Source: Gammaproteobacteria bacterium
GTDB lineage: Bacteria; Pseudomonadota; Gammaproteobacteria; GCA-001735895
Direction of reading: 5' to 3'
DNA: 64,000 nucleotides
Assembly: GCA_050298595.1 (NCBI GenBank)
Contig: JBNKUM010000107.1
Span: 1 to 64,000, forward strand
The notes beneath the pieces are model-generated. The model searched no databases, was not told the DNA's origin, and was given only the letters and a program-made list of their open reading frames with translations. Position numbers and translations under genes: made by a program. Below, one piece after another: positions 53,762 through 61,643 of the stretch. Positions within the stretch are counted from its first letter, which is position 1; each line of letters opens with the position of its first letter.

Positions 53762-55074
53762 AAAAAAATCTATTTATAACTTTTATTTTGTCAACCCTGT
53801 TTGTTTTTACGGCGCCGCAGGCTTTGGCGCTGAATATTAAAAACTGGAATACCCAGAACGGGGCAAGGGTTTTATTTGTAGAAAGCCATGATTTACCGAT
53901 GATAGATGTCAGAGTGACGTTCAAAGCTGGTAGTTCGCGTGATGGCAAATTATCCGGTGTTTCTCGCCTGGTCAATGCCTTGCTGGTAGATGGGACAGGG
54001 AGATACAGCGCTGAAGATATCGCTGAAACCTTTGAATCCACTGGTGCACAACTGGGGCATGATTCATTACGCGATATGGCTTTTGTAAGCCTGCGTAGCC
54101 TGTCTGAGCAGGCGATGCTGGATAAAACCATAGACCTGTTTGCGCGCGTTATTGCATTGCCTTCATTTCCACAGGATGCTATTGAACGTGACCGAAAATC
54201 AATGCTGATTAGTTTGGCCGAGCGTAAAAAAGATATCAGTAGTGTGGTTGAGGATGCGTTTTTTGAGCATGTGTATCAGGGACATCCTTATCGTCAGGGC
54301 CCTCAGGGAAGCGAAGAAACCCTACGTGCAATAACGCAACAGAATTTGAAGGATTTTCATGCACAGTATTACGTAGCCAACAATGCAACATTGGCGATAG
54401 TGGGTGATTTAACGCTACAACAGGCAAAGCAACTCGCAGAACAGATGACGACTTATCTTAAGCCCGGTAAAGTAGCAGAAGAGATACCTCCTATCATGCC
54501 GAGCGAGCAGAAGCAGATAGAAACTATAAAAATTCCTTTTAAAGCAACCCAGACTCACATCCAGCAAGGGATGCCCGTACTAACGCGTAAAGATCCGGAT
54601 TATTTTGCTCTGTATGTAGGAAATCATATCCTTGGCGGTAGCGGCTTTAGTTCACGTCTGATGCAGGAAATCCGAGAAAACAGAGGCCTGGTTTATAGTG
54701 TTTATAGCTATTTTATGCCGATGGAAAGCAATGGACCGTTTGAAATGTCCTTACAAACCAGTACCGTAAATGCTGAGCAGGCTGCTGAATTACTCAACAA
54801 ACTGTTGCAGGATTTCATCAAAAACGGACCGGATGAAAAAGAACTGGAGCATGCAAAGAATAATATTACAGGTGGTTTCCCGCTTAAGATCGACAGCAAT
54901 AAAAAGATTGTTGAGTATCTGTCACTGATTGGATTTTATGATTTGCCGCTAGATTATCTGAACAGCTTTAATGATAGAGTGAATGCAATAACCCGTGAAA
55001 CGATCAAAGATGCTTTCAAGCGGCGAGTTAACCCTGCGAATATGACGCGTATTATTGTTGGTGAACAGTCATAA
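53758..55074 (+). CDS. M16 family peptidase, non-catalytic partner
   Basis: No HxxEH; GGSGFSSRLMQEIRENRGLVYSV. Confidence 0.93.
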   Translation: MKKNLFITFILSTLFVFTAPQALALNIKNWNTQNGARVLFVESHDLPMIDVRVTFKAGSSRDGKLSGVSRLVNALLVDGTGRYSAEDIAETFESTGAQLGHDSLRDMAFVSLRSLSEQAMLDKTIDLFARVIALPSFPQDAIERDRKSMLISLAERKKDISSVVEDAFFEHVYQGHPYRQGPQGSEETLRAITQQNLKDFHAQYYVANNATLAIVGDLTLQQAKQLAEQMTTYLKPGKVAEEIPPIMPSEQKQIETIKIPFKATQTHIQQGMPVLTRKDPDYFALYVGNHILGGSGFSSRLMQEIRENRGLVYSVYSYFMPMESNGPFEMSLQTSTVNAEQAAELLNKLLQDFIKNGPDEKELEHAKNNITGGFPLKIDSNKKIVEYLSLIGFYDLPLDYLNSFNDRVNAITRETIKDAFKRRVNPANMTRIIVGEQS

Positions 55075-55658
55075 AACGTACGGCTAAAAATAAAGGACTC
55101 ACCTCAATCCGCATTATTGCAGGCCATTGGCGAGGGAGCCGTATTGCTGTTCTAGATAGAGAAGGGCTAAGACCAACCCCTGATCGTATCAGGGAAACCG
55201 TGTTTAACTGGCTATCTGGCAATATTCGTGGCGCGAATGTGCTGGATTGCTGTGCTGGGGCAGGAGGCTTAGGTCTAGAAGCCGCTTCACGTGCGGCGAA
55301 TCAGGTCACTCTGGTAGAGCTTGATCGCAAGGCTGCAGCTCATTTGACTCAGCAATACCAGCGCCTGAATGCAGAGAATGTGTCAGTACAATGTATCGAT
55401 ATACTGGACTACCTGAAAAACACACAGAAAAAGTATGACCTTGTATTCATTGATCCACCTTATGCTAGCCCTGAATTGCGCGATTCCATCCTGCGGTTAT
55501 TGATAGAAAACGAATTGATGAATGACGGCTGCCTGTTGTATCTGGAGTGGCCAAAGACGCAGCAAATGCAATTAAATCATGAGAATTTGATCTGGATTAA
55601 GCAAAAAAATGCAGGTCAGATTGAGTACGCTATAGCGCAATGGCGGCTAAGTCGCTAG
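55071..55658 (+). CDS. rsmD: 16S rRNA m2G966 methyltransferase (start uncertain)
   Basis: IRIIAGHWRG..LRPTPDRIRETVFNWL in frame from 55107, upstream of the first GTG (55200); AGAGGLGLEAASR; FIDPPY. Confidence 0.9.
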   Translation: MKRTAKNKGLTSIRIIAGHWRGSRIAVLDREGLRPTPDRIRETVFNWLSGNIRGANVLDCCAGAGGLGLEAASRAANQVTLVELDRKAAAHLTQQYQRLNAENVSVQCIDILDYLKNTQKKYDLVFIDPPYASPELRDSILRLLIENELMNDGCLLYLEWPKTQQMQLNHENLIWIKQKNAGQIEYAIAQWRLSR

Positions 55659-55677
55659 AATTCCCCCTCTTTTAAAT

Positions 55678-56181
55678 ATGGCTAAAAGATTGAGTAATTC
55701 TACTATAGCGATTTATCCTGGCACTTTTGATCCGGTGACCTGTGGGCATGCGGATATTGGTCTTCGCGCATTGAAAATGTTCAATGAGGTTGTGATTGGG
55801 GTGGCGGATAATCCGCAGAAGCAGCCTTTTTTTACACTACAAGAGCGTATAGATATGCTAGAAACAGTATTTAAGGGTGAAGATCGTATTACAGTAAAAC
55901 CATTTTCTGGATTATTGATCGATTTTGCAAAAGAGTGTGAGTCTCAAATCATCATACGTGGATTGCGTGCGATATCTGACTTTGAATTTGAGGTGCAACT
56001 GGCGGGTATGAACCGCTCATTGGCACCTGGTATAGAAACTGTATTTTTAACTGCGGCTGAGAAATTTGCTTTTGTGTCTTCCAGCCTGGTACGCGAGATT
56101 GCTCGCCTGAAAGGTGATGTTTCAGAGTTTATACACCCTGAAATACATCAACGATTAAAAGATAAACTTGACTTAACTTAA
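55678..56181 (+). CDS. coaD: Phosphopantetheine adenylyltransferase
   Basis: YPGTFDPVTCGH, IRGLRAISDFEFE, SSSLVRE. Confidence 0.99.
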   Translation: MAKRLSNSTIAIYPGTFDPVTCGHADIGLRALKMFNEVVIGVADNPQKQPFFTLQERIDMLETVFKGEDRITVKPFSGLLIDFAKECESQIIIRGLRAISDFEFEVQLAGMNRSLAPGIETVFLTAAEKFAFVSSSLVREIARLKGDVSEFIHPEIHQRLKDKLDLT

Positions 56182-56188
56182 GGAGTAA

Positions 56189-56440
<252 letters not shown>

Positions 56441-56446
56441 TCTCCC

Positions 56447-56656
56447 TTGCCTCTGGCCCTGCTACCTTTACGACGTATCACTGGTTTTCACCTTGATGAA
56501 CTGGATGATTGGGTTGCAGAGCTGGAGTGTGGTCATACCCGGCATGTACGACATGATCCGCCCTGGCAGAACAGGCAATGGGTGGTCAGCACAAATACTC
56601 GCGAAGAGCGTGTCGGGCAATTTCTAAATTGCAGGAAGTGTCTGGAAACAGAATAA
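56447..56656 (+). CDS. DUF3565-type small Cys/His protein
   Basis: GFHLDE..WVAELECGHTRHVRHDPPWQNRQWV..CRKC. Confidence 0.8.
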   Translation: MPLALLPLRRITGFHLDELDDWVAELECGHTRHVRHDPPWQNRQWVVSTNTREERVGQFLNCRKCLETE

Positions 56657-56663
56657 AACCTCA

Positions 56664-58829
56664 CTAGCTAGTCAGTTTTCGGTAAATATCCGAAACCTTA
56701 TAGGGCAGTTTTCTTATATCATCAATGACTACATAGTTCGCATGCCCATACATATGGGGCAGGTAGTCGCGCGCTTCTTCATCGATGGTAATGCAGAATG
56801 GATGTACACCCTCCAGACGTGCTTCCAGTAACGCCATGCGGGTATCTTCAATACCATACTCTCCATGATAACTATCGTAATCATCGGGTTTACCATCGGA
56901 TATTGTAATCAGCAGGCGAGTGCGCGCCTGTACCTCACTGAAAAGGTGTGTCAGATGACGTATGGTTACCCCCATACGTGTATAGTCCTGAGGTTGTATG
57001 GCTGCAATGCGGGCCTTGACCTCTCCATCATAGCGGTCTGTGAAAGATTTGATTCGATAGAGTTCGCAACGTTTTCGTGTCATCCCCGAAAAGCCATAGA
57101 TTGCATAACGGTCGCCAAGCGATTGTAAGGCTTCACAAAGCAGAATCAGCGCTTCGCGCTGTGCAGTATTGATCCAGCCCCTGGTTGATCCACTCATATC
57201 GATCATGAATATCACCGCAATATTACGTTCTGCCCGATGAGCTTTGGTATAGATACGTGAAGATAGCTCCATGCCACTACGCACATCAGCCAGCGAATTA
57301 ACCAGAGCATCTATATCCAGATTTTCACCGTCTGGCTGCTTTTTCATTACCCGATTCTCATCGCGCATAGCTTCAAAGGTCCTGCGCAGAGACCGACTCA
57401 GGCCTTTATATTTATTCAGGGTGTCTGCAACAAAATTACTTTTATGGTCTGGCTTGATGTCTTTTTCTCTTAAGGCACACCAGTTTTTTCGATGAGCCTG
57501 TCGGGTGCAATCCCACTCATCATAGAGAAAAGCACCGTCTTCATGGTAAGTACCTTTCCATACTTCGTCTGGATCGGCTTCCTTTTGTTGCTGGGCTCTC
57601 CAGGCATGATAAGCGCCAGGTCCGGCGGCCTGAAGATATTCTTCCGGCAGTTCACCGTGATCCTGAATGATTGAATCGATCAGGCTGGATATTTCATCGT
57701 TGAGTGGCACGCTGATGCCATCCAGTTCAATCTGGTAATTAACACCCTGCTCTAAATCGGTATCAGGTAAAGCAATCTTGTCAAACCTCGGCCCGGCAGC
57801 TTGTTGCTCAGGGTCTTTATCAATCGCCTGTTCAGCTGGCGACTGCCTGCCCATTTCATCGGCTGTTTTAGCAAGCAACAACTGAAACAGATCTTTTTCC
57901 TTCAGGCGTCTTGCCTCGCGAACAGATTCAACCTGCTGTGGTTTTAGCACTCCCTGATAGATCGGAACGAAGGCAGGTAGTTCGAAACATGATGAGATTA
58001 AATCGATACTCAGCATTGCATCAGCAGATGGACTGCGCAGTTGTTGTAATAAAGGTGCCGGGTAAATCGCATCAGGGCTAATGTCTAAAAGGCCTTGCAT
58101 CTGACGGTGAAGACCGGGAAAGTCGCGTTGAATGCAGGCATCCAGGCGTATGGTTTCCAGCTGATGGAAGGTTTGCAGGGCTTGTTGCGGATCATTGTAA
58201 GCTGACAGTGTACTGTGCAGATTGATACGCCAGGTACCGTACCAGGTCTGCGCCCATTGATGCACAGCTATAGCTTTGTAGATGGTAAAATTGATTTTCT
58301 GGTCATCAGATTCACAGATAACACTGGGTAGATGCAAGGTTTCAGTATCGGTGAATAATTCATCGTGTGGCTGGGTTTTAAGTTTTCGTCCATTCAAACC
58401 ATGCAGAAAATTCTCCAGCACAGTATTGACCTCATCAAATGTGGTACCTTTTTGCATAAGCTGGTACTGCTCAATAAAGTGTTGCAGATTCTTAATAACC
58501 TGCATGGCGGGATACAGCCCTGATGAATAATAGCTATCGAGGGTGGATTGTAACCATTGCTCGGTGCCCTTTTGGCCGATAGTGCTGAGGGCCGTATGGG
58601 CTCTTACTGCGAACTGATAGGCCAGCTCGGGTTGGGTCTTGGCAATATTAGTCACCCAGTTGAGCAAATATTGTTGCCATTGAGTTTGTTGCGACAGAAT
58701 ACTTTGAGCCACTTCTTCAACCGTCCAGCTGTCGAAGAAATAGGGTTCGAGTATCTGTGTTAACTCTTGCTGAGTGAAGGTTTTATGCACGCAGAATATT
58801 GAAAAAACTGAATTATAACAGGGCTGCAA
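56664..58829 (-). CDS. CbbO/NorD-family VWA adaptor protein
   Basis: YDEWD, LDIDALV, MIDMSGST (MIDAS), YTRMG, SDGKPDD; start uncertain (GTG 58790 possible). Confidence 0.88.
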   Translation of the reverse strand: MQPCYNSVFSIFCVHKTFTQQELTQILEPYFFDSWTVEEVAQSILSQQTQWQQYLLNWVTNIAKTQPELAYQFAVRAHTALSTIGQKGTEQWLQSTLDSYYSSGLYPAMQVIKNLQHFIEQYQLMQKGTTFDEVNTVLENFLHGLNGRKLKTQPHDELFTDTETLHLPSVICESDDQKINFTIYKAIAVHQWAQTWYGTWRINLHSTLSAYNDPQQALQTFHQLETIRLDACIQRDFPGLHRQMQGLLDISPDAIYPAPLLQQLRSPSADAMLSIDLISSCFELPAFVPIYQGVLKPQQVESVREARRLKEKDLFQLLLAKTADEMGRQSPAEQAIDKDPEQQAAGPRFDKIALPDTDLEQGVNYQIELDGISVPLNDEISSLIDSIIQDHGELPEEYLQAAGPGAYHAWRAQQQKEADPDEVWKGTYHEDGAFLYDEWDCTRQAHRKNWCALREKDIKPDHKSNFVADTLNKYKGLSRSLRRTFEAMRDENRVMKKQPDGENLDIDALVNSLADVRSGMELSSRIYTKAHRAERNIAVIFMIDMSGSTRGWINTAQREALILLCEALQSLGDRYAIYGFSGMTRKRCELYRIKSFTDRYDGEVKARIAAIQPQDYTRMGVTIRHLTHLFSEVQARTRLLITISDGKPDDYDSYHGEYGIEDTRMALLEARLEGVHPFCITIDEEARDYLPHMYGHANYVVIDDIRKLPYKVSDIYRKLTS

Positions 58830-59300
58830 AAGCTATTGCTATAATGTGAAAGGGGTTTTATCAGGGTTAAAAATACCAATTGCTTCGTGTCGAAAGCTCT
58901 TGTTCGCAAAGTAAATTTCAAAGACAGGTCATTGACGTTGAGGCTGTCGTTCTAGCTTTCGGTATATGTGCCGCTGTTGTGCCAATAGTACGCATTTAAG
59001 GTCAATTAATGAATAACTATCTACTGATAGTGGTCATCCATATTCAGAACTTGTCGCTCACTTGCCTGGGTGCTGATTACGATCATTTCGAATTTCTCAT
59101 AAGTATGTGCCTGCATAAACTTGATCTAACCTGTCACTATTTATTCAGGTGTTGGGATCGATTTTAATAAAATGTCCCAATTTTGGATTGAATACTATCG
59201 GGCTATATGTTACGTTTAAAAAAAATTAAGGAATAACAAAATGACAGGGTCGTCACCTCCCGAATATGTGATAAGTTCTTTATCTGCATTCATATTAAAA

Positions 59301-59327
59301 TTGATTACCATCAACAGTACTGTTGAT
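59301..59327. promoter_or_regulatory. Perfect FNR-type box overlapping an 18-bp perfect palindrome
   Basis: TTGAT-TACC-ATCAA at 59301-59314; ATCAACAGTACTGTTGAT at 59310-59327. Confidence 0.55.
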
Positions 59328-59406
59328 ATCGCTACGCGAATACAGTTCCCAAAATGGTATGGAATAGTACCTGAAACACAGTTGTATCATGGATAGAGTA
59401 AAATAA

Positions 59407-60384
59407 ATGTCAGTGCGTTCATCTCAAAATAGACAATATCCAGACTATGCTCGAAATGGAATGTTCGTGCTGTTTCTCGTGCTTTGTTTATGGTCGTTAT
59501 CAATTCAGGCTGCACAGGTTATGCTGATCGTTGGATACGATGGTGAAAATTGGTATCCCTATATTTCTGAGCTTTCTAAGAAGAATTCGATATCATCAAC
59601 TAGTTGGAAAAAGTTGAGTCATATTCAGGACCCTGTAGTCATAACCAGACAGTCAAAAACAGGGGTATACTTTGTCAAAACTGATCGAGGCGATGTGGTT
59701 GTTTATGCCGAATCTCCTGAGGTGGAGATGAAGGCGATCTATCAAAATCAAGCCAAAGAAAATAACTTCACCCATTTACGAGCTCATGATAATGGGTTGC
59801 TAATGGTTGAGTTGAAGAATGGTAGAAGTCGCGAAACTCAGATAATAAATATCGATAGCAAAAATCTGGTGAATGACTCTCAACTTGCTATAAAACCTCA
59901 CGTTATCAATAATCAGCTATCATCACAATTCCACCCTTTACTTGCAGGAGATACATTATTTTATGCGCATGTAAGCTGCAGGGTTAACTGTGACCCTGTC
60001 ATTCAGGAAGTATGGAAAAAGAATATGGTCACGGGAAAGGCTGAACAAATTACCTTGCTCAATGCCACTACCTATCTGCATTCTGTTGATCACGATTTGC
60101 AGTTTGGGTATCTCTGCTCGAATAAGAAAGGGTACTATCACCTTGGCCGCATTAATTTGGGTACAGGAGATGTTCAATGGTTGACCAGTGGGCAGAATAC
60201 ATACAGCTACCCTTCAATCTCTGAAGACAATGATCTGTATTTTATAGAGCGGACATTTTCTGGTACAGGGTTAATGAAGCTCAGTGATTCAGATTTACAG
60301 AAACCTGAGGACGCCACATTTAAGATTGTAGAGCTACCAGTTCAAATAAAGAAAATACGTTATCTGGAAATATCAAACTTATGA
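59407..60384 (+). CDS. Secreted TolB-like beta-propeller protein
   Basis: Signal peptide (IQA); SQFHP, QEVWKKNMVTGKAEQIT, SNKKGYYHL, WLTSGQNTYSYPSIS resemble PD40 blades. Confidence 0.65.
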   Translation: MSVRSSQNRQYPDYARNGMFVLFLVLCLWSLSIQAAQVMLIVGYDGENWYPYISELSKKNSISSTSWKKLSHIQDPVVITRQSKTGVYFVKTDRGDVVVYAESPEVEMKAIYQNQAKENNFTHLRAHDNGLLMVELKNGRSRETQIINIDSKNLVNDSQLAIKPHVINNQLSSQFHPLLAGDTLFYAHVSCRVNCDPVIQEVWKKNMVTGKAEQITLLNATTYLHSVDHDLQFGYLCSNKKGYYHLGRINLGTGDVQWLTSGQNTYSYPSISEDNDLYFIERTFSGTGLMKLSDSDLQKPEDATFKIVELPVQIKKIRYLEISNL

Positions 60385-61574
60385 AGGATCATATGCAGCA
60401 TTTTTTTCACAGAATTAAAACTATGCACCAGTTGTTTTTCGCATTGGTGTTTTGCTTGTTAATTCCTGTACATGCGGATCAAAAACCAGAAGAACCAATC
60501 ACATCAAAAACTAAAAATCTGGGTCAATGGGTTGAACTGCTGGACACTGATAAACAAAGTTTTAATCCAACCAGAAAAGAGCGATTTACTATTCCCTTCA
60601 AAGTAAATACTGCAAAAGTTAATAAGATTGAGATTGAAATCAGAACGCATGAAAATGATCTAATTAAACATCTTGAGTTAGTCAATTTCGAAAAAGATAA
60701 AGACCAGTACCAACTGGAGTGGGACGGTACGGATCAACAAAACATGGTTGTTCCCGATGAGGCTTATCGGTTGGTTTTCCGGGTAACTGACCGACTAGGC
60801 AAGCAGACGGTTTATGATTCTGTAAGCGATAGCGGTGGTGAAGAAGTTTATGATTTTGAGAAAAAGATAGTTGATAAAGGTATCGAATACACGCTCCCGG
60901 TTGCCAGCCGAGTTCTTATTCGATCAGGTATTAAAAATGGCCCTATGCTAAGTACCATTATCGACTGGGAACCCCGGTCACGAGGCTTTCATGTTGAGCG
61001 TTGGAGCGGCAGAGATGCTGACAATGTTCTTTCGATTGATCAGTTTCCTCAGGTTGCCTATTTAATTTTGGGTTATCAATTACCAGATCATTCAGTAATT
61101 ACTTTTGGTAATAAAAGCCTGTCTTATCGGAAATACCGAGAAAAAAAGAAATTACCTGTGGTTAAAGCAGATTATGAAAATCGATTGCTGGAACGTAATA
61201 ATAAATTAATACGCACGGAGTATTATACCCCGGTATTACAACAGAAAAGCCCACGTATCAGCGTGCTATTGAATAAAAAAGGAACAGAGTCTTCGGTTTC
61301 TAAAATCAATGAATTCGAGGAAATTATTACCGAAGTTAAACTCAATGCTCTGGATGAGGTTTATCTGGATCAGGAACGCTATGAAATCACCTTTTTTGTT
61401 GACAATGAATTTATTGCAGAAGAAGAACAGGGGTTTGTTCCCTTTAACTGGCGCTGGTCTCCTTCTCGATATGGATTAACACCTGGAGATCATATGTTCA
61501 CGATCAATGTATCTGGATATAGTGGTCAGGTAGGTGTAAAGCATATCCCGTTCAGTATTAAAAAGGTTGAATAA
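60381..61574 (+). CDS. Secreted FlgD-Ig-like domain protein
   Basis: Signal peptide (VHA); SFNP..IEIRT..LEWDGTDQQNMVVPDEAY; second WSG module; C-terminal Ig-like part. Confidence 0.7.
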   Translation: MKDHMQHFFHRIKTMHQLFFALVFCLLIPVHADQKPEEPITSKTKNLGQWVELLDTDKQSFNPTRKERFTIPFKVNTAKVNKIEIEIRTHENDLIKHLELVNFEKDKDQYQLEWDGTDQQNMVVPDEAYRLVFRVTDRLGKQTVYDSVSDSGGEEVYDFEKKIVDKGIEYTLPVASRVLIRSGIKNGPMLSTIIDWEPRSRGFHVERWSGRDADNVLSIDQFPQVAYLILGYQLPDHSVITFGNKSLSYRKYREKKKLPVVKADYENRLLERNNKLIRTEYYTPVLQQKSPRISVLLNKKGTESSVSKINEFEEIITEVKLNALDEVYLDQERYEITFFVDNEFIAEEEQGFVPFNWRWSPSRYGLTPGDHMFTINVSGYSGQVGVKHIPFSIKKVE

Positions 61575-61643
61575 ACGTCAGGCGTAATAGGCACAAAAGA
61601 AACTAGATAAGGAAGAGCTCAGCTCGAAACCCAGGAGAAAACC

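Noticed and set aside
53758-55074. M16 peptidase lacking HxxEH as a possible pseudogene
   Set aside because: Normal non-catalytic partner of the adjacent M16 subunit
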